Positions 19,712 through 30,305 of a stretch of DNA of 64,000 bases are shown in pieces. The notes below the pieces were generated by a model, which worked only from the letters and a program-made list of their open reading frames with translations, was not told where the DNA came from and did not search any database. Each line of letters opens with the position of its first letter. The first letter of the stretch is position 1. A program made the translations under genes and the position numbers. The stretch is from IMG/VR virus record IMGVR_UViG_3300042558_004148, positions 124,001 to 188,000 of that record; one strand, written 5' to 3'.

Positions 19712-20986
19712 ATGACAAACAATAAGAATAAAAAGAAGCAATCTATGCCGATTAAGATGTCGGTTCCTATGAACATTCTACCCAAATCAAATCTGAAGCA
19801 AACAATATCATTATGTTTGGTTATGATTGTGAAAGACGAGGAAGACACCATGGAAAGGTGTTTGAAGGCTGTTGCACCTTATATAAAATATTGGGTAATA
19901 GTTGACACCGGATCAACTGACAAGACGAAGGAAGTTATTAAAACCACGATGGATTCGTTGGGTATTGAAGGGGAATTGCACGAGAGACCATGGGTAAACT
20001 TTGAGGTAAATAGAACTGAAAGTTTAAATTTGGCTAAAGATAAGTGTGACTATAGATGGATAATCGATGCGGATGATACTTTTTTTCCTGATACACCAGG
20101 AGTAAATCCATTTGCTGGATTGGACACACAAGCGGATTGCTATCAGCTTCTATATAAACTAAATGCTCTACAATATAACAGAGCACAGATAGTCAGATCA
20201 AACCAGAATTGGGTGTATCGAGGGGTTCTTCATGAGTATCTATTTCTTGATGAAGATAAGAAGGAAGTTCTGCAGTCTCCAATAAGAGGATGCCACGTTA
20301 TTGCTGATATTTCTCCACTTAAAAGAGCTGGTTCACTAGAGGAAAAATATTCAAATGATGCCAAGATATTGGAAGAAGCATTGATAAAAGAGCCGGGTAA
20401 CGAAAGATATATGTTTTATTTAGCACAGAGTTATAGAGATTCTGAACAGCTAGATAAAGCTATAGAAGCATATCAGAAGAGAATAGATATGGGTGGATGG
20501 GAAGAAGAGGTTTACTATTCCAAATATATGATAGCCAAGATAAGCGAGAAAAAGGGTAAACCAGATAACGAGCTTTCAGAATTATATTCCAAAGCATGGG
20601 AATATAGGCCATCCAGATTAGAGTGTGTTTTCCATACCATGAGAAAGCTTAGAGATCAGGGAAGACATCTTGTTGCATTTGCTTATGGTGATGTAGCTAT
20701 AAAAACTAAAGGAACATCGGATATTCTTTTTATTGAGCCTGAAATTTGGCAATGGAGACTTTTGGATGAATATTCACTGGCTGCTTATTATATAGGTAAC
20801 CCAGAAATTGCTATGGAAAAAACATCAGCTATTTTAAGTGCTCCTTTCTTTAAGGATATAGCACCAGCTGAACAAGCTAGGCTTAAGAAAAATATGGATT
20901 TCTATAAGAAAGGATCGGAGGAAAAATCCAAAAAGCTACAGATGATGCAACAGATGCAAAAAGCACAGGATAGCAGAAAGGTATAG
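19712..20986 (+). CDS. GT2-family glycosyltransferase with TPR repeats
   Basis: LCLVMIVKDEE, VDTGSTD, IIDADD (DxD), GVLHEY, then TPR-like FYLAQSY helices. Confidence 0.85.
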   Translation: MTNNKNKKKQSMPIKMSVPMNILPKSNLKQTISLCLVMIVKDEEDTMERCLKAVAPYIKYWVIVDTGSTDKTKEVIKTTMDSLGIEGELHERPWVNFEVNRTESLNLAKDKCDYRWIIDADDTFFPDTPGVNPFAGLDTQADCYQLLYKLNALQYNRAQIVRSNQNWVYRGVLHEYLFLDEDKKEVLQSPIRGCHVIADISPLKRAGSLEEKYSNDAKILEEALIKEPGNERYMFYLAQSYRDSEQLDKAIEAYQKRIDMGGWEEEVYYSKYMIAKISEKKGKPDNELSELYSKAWEYRPSRLECVFHTMRKLRDQGRHLVAFAYGDVAIKTKGTSDILFIEPEIWQWRLLDEYSLAAYYIGNPEIAMEKTSAILSAPFFKDIAPAEQARLKKNMDFYKKGSEEKSKKLQMMQQMQKAQDSRKV

Positions 20987-21017
20987 TGATATATAGAGAA
21001 AATAATTAGAAAGTAAA

Positions 21018-21569
21018 ATGAAACATCTTTTAGAATTTGATTCTTATTCTCCTATGGATGAAGCCGAGGTAAAAGCAGGAGTTCCAGTATATAACGAGGA
21101 TGAGTTCAATAAAAATACCAGTGCTAAACCAGCTATGGTCGTTAAAGTTCCTGAAATTATATCAGTTTTAAATAAATTTATTGCTGATCAGGAAAGTGGT
21201 GAAGTTGAAAAAATCGTAGTTCTAGCTGAGATTCCATCGCAAGGTAAAAATGCACCTAAGTATGTTCTTGATGATGCAGCAGCTGAAAGAGAAAGACAAA
21301 TACAAAGAAAAACCGCTATCTACGGAAGTAGAACGGAGAGATCTGATAGACCTGAAGACGACGAGCAAACAGATGCAATCAACATATTTGTTGATTCCGA
21401 GTTTATAGTAAAGGGAGTTATTAATAAATTAGGTAAAGATTATATTTTAGGTATCCCAGAATCTAAGAAAAAGAAAGCTGAATCTAGTAAAGAAATGATG
21501 GACTATTACACTGTTGAAATTGAACCTAGACAAGTATTTGAAATATTCTTCTCTCCTAAGGGAATGTAA
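21018..21569 (+). CDS. hypothetical protein with capsid-targeting-like N-terminus
   Basis: MKHLLEFDSY...DE; GATATATA at 20988-20995. Confidence 0.6.
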   Translation: MKHLLEFDSYSPMDEAEVKAGVPVYNEDEFNKNTSAKPAMVVKVPEIISVLNKFIADQESGEVEKIVVLAEIPSQGKNAPKYVLDDAAAERERQIQRKTAIYGSRTERSDRPEDDEQTDAINIFVDSEFIVKGVINKLGKDYILGIPESKKKKAESSKEMMDYYTVEIEPRQVFEIFFSPKGM

Positions 21570-21590
21570 TAAAAATCAACAATATAACGA

Positions 21591-21624
21591 AATCCCCAAT
21601 AATTTTTTATTATTGGGGATTTTT
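21591..21624 (+). terminator. intrinsic terminator
   Basis: AATCCCCAATAA...TTATTGGGGATT plus T-run. Confidence 0.75.
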
Positions 21625-21677
21625 ATTGAAATTAAATTGTGTAGGTGTGATATAAAATTAAAGTAAATTTCATATAC

Positions 21678-23459
21678 ATGAGCAAAGTTAATAAATCAAT
21701 AGAGGTTCTTACTGATTTCGAGCATATTATTAAGAGACCGACTATGTACGTCGGTTCGGTTAAAAAAAGCGACGAAGTGCTTCCTATTATAGGGGATGGC
21801 TTTATAAAATCAGTCACCAAGGAGCACTCCATAGGTATGTATAAACTCTTCGATGAGGTTTTTGCAAACTCGGTTGATGAGGCCAAGAGAATGCAATCAC
21901 CGATGAAGAAGATTACTGTTGAGATTAATAGCAAGGAAAATATGATGTCCATAACCGATTCGGGTGACGGATTTACTAATGGTTCAGTTATTAATAAGAA
22001 GAGTAAATTAAGCAATATAGAAACTGCGGTATCTATGCTTAGAGCTGGTTCTAATTTCGACAACGATTCAATAGACGAATCAATTGTCGGAACCAATGGT
22101 ATGGGAGTCAGTTTGGTTAACGCTTTATCTGTAATGTTTGAGATTGAAACTACAAACAGTAATGAAACCTATACGCAAACTTGGAAAAATTTTATAGCTT
22201 CCAAAGCAGATGTAAAAAGTAAGGTGAAGAGTAAGTCTACTGGTACTAGAGTTACCTTTATACCAAATGGATCGGTGTTTGATAAGTCCCAATGGGACTA
22301 TTCGACAATAAAATCATATCTCTGTCTGAAAAAGAGAGTATTGGAGTCGGAAGAAAAAACATCCAATCTGAAGATAGAATTTATATGGGATGGTAAGACT
22401 GAATTAGTTCAATCAGGTTTAAATCCTGATTGGTCAGCAAAAACTCCGATAGGCGAGCTTCTTATATGGGAGAAGAAACAGGACTCCGGCTCATTCTCTT
22501 TTGTTAATAGTGCTATATGTACTGGTATACATCAAAAGATCGTATACGATAAAATAAACAATGAATTGGACGATTCATTGGGGCATCACTTCTACGACAG
22601 CTTACTTATATTAAATCTTTCACCAAAGATAGTTAGATTCGGAGATCAGAATAAAACAAAATTTGTTTCCAAGAGAGAGGAAGTCGAACCAACGATAATA
22701 AGAAACTTTGATTCTCAACTTAATAAATTTTTTAGAAGTGAAACTTTTAAAAAAATTAAGAAAGCGGTAGATGATAGAAAAAAAGATACAGCACTAAAAA
22801 AAATTAGGAAAGAAAAAAAATCAATTAAGATAAAACATTCCAATAAATATTTTCCACCAACCTCGGGAAAAGCGGAAAATTTATTTATAGTTGAGGGACT
22901 AAGTGCGATGGGATCAATCTTACAAAAAAGAGATTCTAAGAAGGATGGTGTTTATGCGCTTAAAGGTAAAATTAAGAATGCCAGAAGTCTTGGGGATCTT
23001 TCTGATAACAGGGAGATTTTGGAACTTATGCAAATCTTAAATCTTGATCCTGAAGGTCCCGCATTAAATTGTCCATTCGATAAAGTTGTTATTGCAACGG
23101 ACCAGGATCCAGACGGAGCACATATAACATCCTTGTTAATAAATCTTTTCTATTCCTGGTTTCCCTGGATGGTTAAGCAAGGGAGAATACATTTCCTTGA
23201 AACCCCTCTGGTAACTGTTGGCGATAGAACTAAGAAATATTATTATTCATTAGACGAATTTAAGAAAGCTTCCAATAGAGGAGGAGCGGTTAGATACCTT
23301 AAGGGACTTGGTTCTCTTTCGATGGATGACTGGGATTATGTAATGAAAAACAAAAGAATAATAGCGCTGAAGGAGGATACACATACAAAGAAAAATCTGG
23401 AGATGGCCTTTGGTAAATCCGCGCAAGAAAGGAAAAAATGGTTAAGTAACCCATTATAA
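21678..23459 (+). CDS. type IIA DNA topoisomerase, ATPase/TOPRIM subunit (T4 gp39+60-like)
   Basis: EHIIKRPTMYVGS, DEVFANSVDE, GTNGMG, VEGLSA, LKGKIKN, TDQDPDGAHI, YLKGLGS. Confidence 0.93.
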   Translation: MSKVNKSIEVLTDFEHIIKRPTMYVGSVKKSDEVLPIIGDGFIKSVTKEHSIGMYKLFDEVFANSVDEAKRMQSPMKKITVEINSKENMMSITDSGDGFTNGSVINKKSKLSNIETAVSMLRAGSNFDNDSIDESIVGTNGMGVSLVNALSVMFEIETTNSNETYTQTWKNFIASKADVKSKVKSKSTGTRVTFIPNGSVFDKSQWDYSTIKSYLCLKKRVLESEEKTSNLKIEFIWDGKTELVQSGLNPDWSAKTPIGELLIWEKKQDSGSFSFVNSAICTGIHQKIVYDKINNELDDSLGHHFYDSLLILNLSPKIVRFGDQNKTKFVSKREEVEPTIIRNFDSQLNKFFRSETFKKIKKAVDDRKKDTALKKIRKEKKSIKIKHSNKYFPPTSGKAENLFIVEGLSAMGSILQKRDSKKDGVYALKGKIKNARSLGDLSDNREILELMQILNLDPEGPALNCPFDKVVIATDQDPDGAHITSLLINLFYSWFPWMVKQGRIHFLETPLVTVGDRTKKYYYSLDEFKKASNRGGAVRYLKGLGSLSMDDWDYVMKNKRIIALKEDTHTKKNLEMAFGKSAQERKKWLSNPL

Positions 23460-23460
23460 T

Positions 23461-23490
23461 TTTTCATTCCGCATTAATTTATTAATCTTG
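23461..23490 (+). promoter_or_regulatory. Bacteroidota-type early promoter
   Basis: TTTT...CCG-N11-TAATCTTG upstream of uvsE. Confidence 0.55.
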
Positions 23491-23505
23491 TAAAAAAAAT
23501 AAGAT

Positions 23506-24420
23506 ATGGATAGAAAGTATGGTTACTGCTGTATAAACATGACTCTAGCTGAAAGCAAGGAGAAAGTTACCACCAATAGAGGAATGGTCAAAAAAACATT
23601 TTTGGAGAGAGGAATAGATTATGTTTCTGATCTTGCTCTTTTAAATGTCAGAGATCTAAAAAAAATTATTGAATGGAACCATTCTAATTCTATATTCATG
23701 TACAGGATGTCCAGTGACATATTCCCGTGGTGCTCAGAATATGAAATATCCGAATTAAAGGATTATCCGGAGATCAAAGATATTCTTAAGGAATGCGGTG
23801 ATCTTGCTAAGAAATTTGATCAGAGAATAACTTTTCACCCATCACCATATGGTGTGCTTGCATCTGAAAGACCAGACGTTGTAATAAAAGCAATTAAGGA
23901 ATTATCGCAGCATGGTGAAATAATGGATATGATGGGTCTGGATAGATCCGTTTATTATCCTATAAACATCCACGTAAATACAACGAAACCAGATAAGGAA
24001 AGCGCAGCTAATAGATTCTGTGATAATTTTTCGTTATTGCCAGATTCTGTTAAGAGTAGACTTGTCGTGGAAGTTGACGATAAAAAATCCCAGTATACAT
24101 CGGTGGATCTATTTAATATGGTCCATTCGAAAATAGGAATACCTGTTACTTTCGATTATCTACACAATGAATGTAATAAACCAGATAATATGACGGAAGC
24201 CCAATCTTTATCTGTTTGTTTATCCACATGGCCGGAGGGTATACCAGCAATAACACACTACTCCGATTCAAGAAGATTAAACGAGGATTCTACAGCCAGA
24301 GAGGTTGCACATTCTGATTGGATTTGGAAAGCACCCGAAACATACGGATTAAACTTTGATATAGAGTTTGAAGTAAAGATGAAAGAAAGGGCTTTATTAA
24401 AATACCTAAATCAAATATAA
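23506..24420 (+). CDS. uvsE: UV DNA damage endonuclease
   Basis: GYCCIN, YRMSSDIFPW, RITFHP, INIH, RLVVEVDD, TFDYLH, HYS, AHSD, EVKMKE. Confidence 0.92.
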   Translation: MDRKYGYCCINMTLAESKEKVTTNRGMVKKTFLERGIDYVSDLALLNVRDLKKIIEWNHSNSIFMYRMSSDIFPWCSEYEISELKDYPEIKDILKECGDLAKKFDQRITFHPSPYGVLASERPDVVIKAIKELSQHGEIMDMMGLDRSVYYPINIHVNTTKPDKESAANRFCDNFSLLPDSVKSRLVVEVDDKKSQYTSVDLFNMVHSKIGIPVTFDYLHNECNKPDNMTEAQSLSVCLSTWPEGIPAITHYSDSRRLNEDSTAREVAHSDWIWKAPETYGLNFDIEFEVKMKERALLKYLNQI

Positions 24421-24425
24421 TTTTT

Positions 24426-24656
24426 ATGAAAAATAGTCAAGAGATAGAAGATTTCGAATCGCTACTAGCATCACAGGAAAATTCAAATATTAAATATAAC
24501 GTTGATACAGATATGGAGTCATTGGTTAAATATGACTACCTGATCGAAGTTTACGGTAAAGATTTGGTTGACTCCGTGGTTTATAAGAAGAATGATTTAT
24601 TTGATCCTGAATATTATAAGACTGTATTACTGGAATTAGAAAATAGAGGAATGTAA
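24426..24656 (+). CDS. hypothetical protein
   Basis: Packed ORF. Confidence 0.5.
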   Translation: MKNSQEIEDFESLLASQENSNIKYNVDTDMESLVKYDYLIEVYGKDLVDSVVYKKNDLFDPEYYKTVLLELENRGM

Positions 24657-25018
24657 TGTTTAAGGAGGAAGATAATAATCTAGAAAGTGGATATCCCATA
24701 GATAAACATCCACAGTATTCTATATTAAGAAAGCATATAGAAAGATCCGTACAAGATCTATTTTTAATTTCACTAAGAAATCAAAATAGTGATATTTTTT
24801 ATGTTTTCGAAAAAGAAGAACAGATAGATGCATTTCTTGAAAGAATGCTTAAGTATTGGGAAAAATACGAGAAGTACGAAACTTGCCAGGAAATAGTTAA
24901 GCTTGGGAAGAAGTTGAAGAAGAAGTGGAAAACCAGAGAATCAAATCCGGAAACAGCCGGCGAGATAAGAATAAAAGATATATTTAGATCAACATTTGAT
25001 GACGAAAGATTACTATAG
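24656..25018 (+). CDS. hypothetical protein with UVR-like motif
   Basis: [17 protein letters not shown] resembles the UvrB/UvrC (UVR) helix pair. Confidence 0.5.
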   Translation: MFKEEDNNLESGYPIDKHPQYSILRKHIERSVQDLFLISLRNQNSDIFYVFEKEEQIDAFLERMLKYWEKYEKYETCQEIVKLGKKLKKKWKTRESNPETAGEIRIKDIFRSTFDDERLL

Positions 25019-26018
25019 AATATTAGATGTATCTAAAGATGCTACAGCGGATGATATAAAAAAGGCATATCGTAAATTAGCTATCAAGTACCACCCAGAT
25101 AAAACTGGGAATGATAAGGTGGCGGAAGAAAAATTTAAGGAGATATCGGAAGCCTATGAGATATTATCCGACCCAGCAAAAAGATCGTCTCACGACAGAC
25201 CACCATTCAGTGGATTCTGGGACGGAAGTAATCCATACCAGACTGGTGATTTTTCATCATTCTTTACGGCACAGCAAAGACAGAGCGAACCAAGGGTACA
25301 TAAGGGTAGAAACATTAGCATTTATGTTTCTGTTACTCTGGAGGAAATGATGACGGGAACTAGCAAAAAAGTAAAGATAACAAGGAAGACTCAATGTAGG
25401 GATTGCTCCGGAACCGGCGCAGAAAATGCGGATCTACAAAAATGTAATGAATGTGGTGGTATAGGTAAGGTTAATAGAACTGTACATCATGCATTCGGTG
25501 AGGTTGTTATGCAGGAAGACTGTAAATATTGCTATGGCTCGGGAACAAGGTCTAAATCGAATTGTAAATCATGCTTTGGTTCTGGTACAATAAGGAGAGA
25601 AGAGGAGATTGACGTAAACATACCGAAGGGATCTATTTCCGGAGTCTCTTATTTAATAGTCGGTAAAGGAGACTGGGAAAAATCTCCATCCAACCCAGGT
25701 GATTTGGTAATAAACGTAGAGGAATATTTACATCCGATTTATACCAGGGATGGCATAAATCTAATTCACGAAAAAAAGGTTTCTTTTAAGGATCTTTGCG
25801 TTGGAATAGAAGCTGAAATTCCTAACTTAAAAGGATCCAATTGGAGAATAAAAATACCTGCAGGATCTTCTCCTGGTAGGCTATTCAGATTACCTGGAAA
25901 GGGAATACCCGAATTTAATGGATTTGGTAGCGGTGATATACTCGTTAAATTAAACCTAAATGTTCCTAAGGATCTCACCGAGGAACAAATAGAAGCATTA
26001 GAAAACTTTAAAGATTAA
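24999..26018 (+). CDS. dnaJ: DnaJ chaperone
   Basis: J-domain DYY..L...[13 protein letters not shown]; four CxxCxGxG repeats; C-terminal GDL domain. Confidence 0.95.
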   Translation: MTKDYYRILDVSKDATADDIKKAYRKLAIKYHPDKTGNDKVAEEKFKEISEAYEILSDPAKRSSHDRPPFSGFWDGSNPYQTGDFSSFFTAQQRQSEPRVHKGRNISIYVSVTLEEMMTGTSKKVKITRKTQCRDCSGTGAENADLQKCNECGGIGKVNRTVHHAFGEVVMQEDCKYCYGSGTRSKSNCKSCFGSGTIRREEEIDVNIPKGSISGVSYLIVGKGDWEKSPSNPGDLVINVEEYLHPIYTRDGINLIHEKKVSFKDLCVGIEAEIPNLKGSNWRIKIPAGSSPGRLFRLPGKGIPEFNGFGSGDILVKLNLNVPKDLTEEQIEALENFKD

Positions 26019-26021
26019 AAT

Positions 26022-26333
26022 ATGGAAATGATATTATTATTCCTTTTTATAGGATGGACCTTTGCAACTACCATAGTTAATGGATCTATTTTTGATAGAA
26101 TTAGAAATTGGCTGCTAGTTAGAATTCCGCTATTAGGTAAACTTTTTTCTTGCATAAGATGCCTTAGTTTCTGGACTGGATTATTCATATTTGGTATGCT
26201 TACCAAATATGACTATATACACGAAATTTTTGGACTGCCATTATATTTCAATTTTATAATATATCCATTTATACAGAGTGGGGTTTCAGTAATTATCGAA
26301 TCATTCGTTATATTTCTTAGAAAATCAAATTAA
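26022..26333 (+). CDS. DUF1360-like membrane protein
   Basis: Three hydrophobic segments; IFD.IR and L.SC..C.SFW motif. Confidence 0.6.
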   Translation: MEMILLFLFIGWTFATTIVNGSIFDRIRNWLLVRIPLLGKLFSCIRCLSFWTGLFIFGMLTKYDYIHEIFGLPLYFNFIIYPFIQSGVSVIIESFVIFLRKSN

Positions 26334-26409
26334 AATTAGTGTAGATGTGGAAATAAAGACCATAGCAGCACTATAAATTAGAAATCATATAAAACCAAGT
26401 ACAAGCAAG

Positions 26410-27804
26410 ATGAATAAGAATTTGAGCATATCTGATCAAATAAACACACAATACAGAACATATGCGCTGTATGTTTTACAAAGCAGAGGTATACCTAATT
26501 TCTATGATGGACTTACTCCGGTTCAGAGATTGATCCTGGAAAACTCACCTTCCCGATTTAATAAAACTGTGGGTCTTGTTGGTGAAGTCATTAAAACCGG
26601 ATTATATCACCATGGGGATTCTTCTTTAGCAGGTGCCATCTCAAAATTGGCGAGACCTTTTGGATGTGCATATGGTATATTGGAAGGAGATGGATATTTT
26701 GGATCTCCAGTTAATCCAAGTCCAGCCGCTCCGAGATATACATCGGTTAGAATCAACAGTAAAATTAAAGATATACTTTCCAAAAATTCCGACCTAAACG
26801 AAAAGAATGAGGAGGGTGGACATGATTGGATTCATACTGAAGTCCCATTGGGATTACTTACTCACGTGGTTGGTATTGCAGTTGGATACAGAAGTAATAT
26901 ACTTCCCAGAAAGTTTGAGGATATAATCGAATATCTACAGGGAACACCAAAGTTACTAAAACCTTACTTCAAGGACTTTACTGGGAAGATCAGTAAATAT
27001 ATGGGTGAAGAAAATACGTGGCTTATAGAAAGCTCGTTTGTAGCAGACCCAAACAAAAAAACAATTACCATAGCGGATCTTCCGCCAGTGATGAGGTACG
27101 ATAGTTTCATTAATAAACTGGACGATAAACTTGAAAGACTCGGATTTGATTATAGAATAGAAAACAGATCACAGAGTAAATGTGAGCTGGTTGTTTCACT
27201 AAGAGGAATCACACCCGATAATTTTAAGTATGTTTGTGAGGTAGTATCCAAGATATGTAAGATCATAGTTAAGGAGGACGTTATTCTTATTAAGGACGGG
27301 AATGTAATGGAATTTGGTTCGGTGAAAGAATATCTAGATCATTTCAAGGAGCATCTCGAATTGGTTAAACTGAAGAGATTATTAAGAGACGAATCTGATT
27401 ATTCTAGAGAGCTTACTTTCTTAGAGGCAAAATTAAAGTTTCTTAATTTTATGATAACCAAAAAAAGAACAAATCCCGAGATTATTAAATTTTTGGATGA
27501 ATTTGAATCGTGGATTTCTTCACGACTTGGTAAAATAGAATTGGTTAAATTATCAGTTGAACATATAAAACAAACTGAGAACGAAATAGCTGAACTTAAG
27601 AAAAAAATTATACAGGTCAGAAAAGAAATAAAAGAACAGGACAAGATCTATAAGACTATGTGTAAGGAAGTTCTTAAACTTGAAAAAACTAGACATAAGA
27701 AAATCATAAATTCTTTATTTGAACCTGAACAATCCAATGGTATTGAAATATTCCAGGTGGAAGAAGAAGAAATTGAAATTAAGCAGGAAGAGGACGAAAT
27801 TTAA
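26410..27804 (+). CDS. type IIA DNA topoisomerase, breakage-reunion subunit (gp52/GyrA-like)
   Basis: RGIPNFYDGLTPVQR, YHHGDSS, AAPRYT catalytic Tyr, GIAVGY. Confidence 0.92.
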   Translation: MNKNLSISDQINTQYRTYALYVLQSRGIPNFYDGLTPVQRLILENSPSRFNKTVGLVGEVIKTGLYHHGDSSLAGAISKLARPFGCAYGILEGDGYFGSPVNPSPAAPRYTSVRINSKIKDILSKNSDLNEKNEEGGHDWIHTEVPLGLLTHVVGIAVGYRSNILPRKFEDIIEYLQGTPKLLKPYFKDFTGKISKYMGEENTWLIESSFVADPNKKTITIADLPPVMRYDSFINKLDDKLERLGFDYRIENRSQSKCELVVSLRGITPDNFKYVCEVVSKICKIIVKEDVILIKDGNVMEFGSVKEYLDHFKEHLELVKLKRLLRDESDYSRELTFLEAKLKFLNFMITKKRTNPEIIKFLDEFESWISSRLGKIELVKLSVEHIKQTENEIAELKKKIIQVRKEIKEQDKIYKTMCKEVLKLEKTRHKKIINSLFEPEQSNGIEIFQVEEEEIEIKQEEDEI

Positions 27805-27842
27805 AATAAAAAGAGAACTAGAACTATTAAATAAATAAAATA

Positions 27843-28616
27843 ATGAAATTAAGAATTACGAGCATACCGAATTTAATTGCTTTCCTTAAGAGATTGAAAG
27901 CTGTAGACAAGAGTGTAATATTAGAAATAACCGACGATATGGTTTTTTCCAAGGTTCATACTCCGGATAAATCAATCATGAAATATTCTAGCGTAAAGAT
28001 AGGGGATGTTTTAGAGGGAGATATTGATTGGAAAGGATTAAAGACAGACAGAGTTAAAATAGGTATTATAGATGCTACCAGATTAATGGATGCATTTAAG
28101 CACTTTAGACCTGAAGAAGAGGTATTTTTGGAACTTGTAACAGACCAAGTGGACGGATCTTGCGTAGCGACGGAGGTAAAATTAGTATCTGCATCACTTA
28201 ATATCAAATTAAGATGCGCTGATCTGAATTTATTATCATATATCGAGGATAAGATACTTTCTCTTGTTCACAGTAAGGAAGATTATTTAGTTAATTTTAA
28301 AATATACCAATCTGATTTTACCACGGTACTTTCACTATGTGGATTGGAAAATAACTCGGAGGAGATACTTTCATTCCAGATAAGTGATAAGAATGCGCAT
28401 GCTGTAGGTGATTCTTTCAACTATAAGTTAAACATAGGTGCATCCGAAATATTATTTCATGATGACTCAATTAACAAGGTGGAGCCAAACGTGTACAAGA
28501 ATCAACTATCACACATGGAGGCTGAAACATGCCAGGTTTATGTACATGAGAACAGATTTGTTTTATTCTCTGAACAATCATCAACTTCGATAGCAATCGG
28601 ATTGGTAGAAAAATAA
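27843..28616 (+). CDS. putative DNA sliding clamp
   Basis: 257 aa alternating alpha/beta pattern; directly upstream of the PolB C-subunit, which ends in a clamp-binding-like INALF. Confidence 0.5.
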   Translation: MKLRITSIPNLIAFLKRLKAVDKSVILEITDDMVFSKVHTPDKSIMKYSSVKIGDVLEGDIDWKGLKTDRVKIGIIDATRLMDAFKHFRPEEEVFLELVTDQVDGSCVATEVKLVSASLNIKLRCADLNLLSYIEDKILSLVHSKEDYLVNFKIYQSDFTTVLSLCGLENNSEEILSFQISDKNAHAVGDSFNYKLNIGASEILFHDDSINKVEPNVYKNQLSHMEAETCQVYVHENRFVLFSEQSSTSIAIGLVEK

Positions 28617-28621
28617 TATAA

Positions 28622-29770
28622 ATGAGTCCAGAAGAAAAAATAGAGATTAAGAAAAAGATAGAGAGACTTACCTCACTTAAGAATGAACTTAAGAATGAGG
28701 AGCAGGCTATCAAGTTAACCATGAACTCCATCTATGGAGCGATTGGTAATAACTGGTTTATTTGCTTCAATACTGACGTTGCCGAATCAGTAACTCTGCA
28801 GGGACAGGACTTAATTAAGTATTCTGAAAAGATACTCGACAAGTATTTTCATGAACATTGGCATCTAGATACAGAATTACACGAGAGATTAGGTATTACT
28901 AAGGTAAAGAAAGTTGTAAAACCCTTGGTTGTATATGGTGACACTGATTCGAATTATGTGACCTTTCAGGAGGTTGTAGATTCCTGTGATTACCAGGGGG
29001 AGGACAAGGATCTTATTATTAAAATCAATGAATATAGATTAAATGAGTATCTTAGAAAGTGCTTTGATATTTACTCCAAAAAATGGAACACCACGAACTA
29101 TCAGGATTTTGAGTTAGAAACTCTTTCATATAACGGTATATTTTTGGGTAAGAAAAAATATGTAGTGAACCTAGCATATGATTCTGGACTTCATATGGAT
29201 CCACTTCAACAACTCAAGTTCACTGGGGTTGAAATGATTAAAGGCGGTACCCCTCCATTCGTTAGAGAAAAATTAATATATCTAACTAAATTTATATTCT
29301 CCAAAGGTAGGTCATTTGACATAAGAGAATTTGTTAAGGAGCTTAAAACCATCAAGAAGGAATTTAAAACTCAGGAGCCCAAGAATATATCGGCATCAGT
29401 TAATATAAACAATTATGAAAAGTTTATATTAAATGATACTACCGGATTCGAGGTTTCGAAGGGATGCCCGATTCACGTAAGAGCTTCAGGATATCATAAT
29501 TATTTACTAAATGCATCAAAATACAAAAGTAAATATTCACTCATAAGAAGCTCTGAAAAAATAAATTACTATTTTGTTAAAGTTAAATCAATATCGGAGA
29601 ATAACGTTTTTGCTTACCCGCAGGGAACTTATCCATACGAATTTGCTCCACCTATTGATTATGATGAGCAATTTACAAAGACCATACTCGATCCGATAAA
29701 CAGATTCATAGAGGTCATGGGATATAATAGGATAAGTCCAAATTTATTCATGATAAACGCACTATTTTAA
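28622..29770 (+). CDS. family-B DNA polymerase, C-terminal subunit (motifs B, C and thumb)
   Basis: KLTMNSIYG, VTLQGQ, YGDTDS, KKKY, GVE, PIHVRAS; C-terminal INALF resembles the T4 gp43 clamp peptide. Confidence 0.92.
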   Translation: MSPEEKIEIKKKIERLTSLKNELKNEEQAIKLTMNSIYGAIGNNWFICFNTDVAESVTLQGQDLIKYSEKILDKYFHEHWHLDTELHERLGITKVKKVVKPLVVYGDTDSNYVTFQEVVDSCDYQGEDKDLIIKINEYRLNEYLRKCFDIYSKKWNTTNYQDFELETLSYNGIFLGKKKYVVNLAYDSGLHMDPLQQLKFTGVEMIKGGTPPFVREKLIYLTKFIFSKGRSFDIREFVKELKTIKKEFKTQEPKNISASVNINNYEKFILNDTTGFEVSKGCPIHVRASGYHNYLLNASKYKSKYSLIRSSEKINYYFVKVKSISENNVFAYPQGTYPYEFAPPIDYDEQFTKTILDPINRFIEVMGYNRISPNLFMINALF

Positions 29771-29958
29771 TGAGCTTTAATAAAAGATTTTTACCCGAGG
29801 TGGATGTACTTGAAAAAAGAAGGGAACAGTATGATAATGATCTTGATTTCTTTAATTCGATTGTAGGAAAGGCTGATTGCTTTATAGGATCGGAGGAATC
29901 TATAGAATATCTGGACAGATTGGAAAAAAAGCTCTTTGGTGATGAAGAAGAAAAATAG
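29770..29958 (+). CDS. hypothetical protein
   Basis: MSFNKRFL small ORF, stop/start overlap. Confidence 0.5.
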   Translation: MSFNKRFLPEVDVLEKRREQYDNDLDFFNSIVGKADCFIGSEESIEYLDRLEKKLFGDEEEK

Positions 29959-30241
29959 CATTGAGATAAATTTTAATCCAGTGGACGATAATATTTTCTA
30001 TGATTACTATAACGAATATAGAACGCTGATGATCCACGAGGCGGAAGGTATACTTAGTAATAAACCAAGTTACATCCTACATACTCCAATACCCATACAG
30101 GATAAGATTGCCAGAATATCAGATCTCTTGGATTTTTTTGTACTTGAAAATGAACAAGATATTGTGGATGATCTAATTATGACTAGAAATTCGATAAAAA
30201 TCAAGATGTTCATCAACCTGCAGATTAATGAATTAATTTAA
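29936..30241 (+). CDS. hypothetical protein
   Basis: Packed ORF. Confidence 0.45.
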   Translation: MVMKKKNSIEINFNPVDDNIFYDYYNEYRTLMIHEAEGILSNKPSYILHTPIPIQDKIARISDLLDFFVLENEQDIVDDLIMTRNSIKIKMFINLQINELI

Positions 30242-30305
30242 GAAAGTCCAATTATAGATCTAATTGATCTTGATATATAGATGGTAAAATAATTAATATT
30301 AATTG

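Noticed and set aside
19712-20986. GT2-TPR enzyme as the DNA glycosyltransferase
   Set aside because: GT2 plus TPR architecture more usually indicates protein glycosylation; a DNA substrate cannot be supported from sequence
12907-29770. Split intein or group I intron joining the polymerase halves
   Set aside because: No intein N-terminal C/S block or C-terminal HN, and no structured intron-like sequence at either break point
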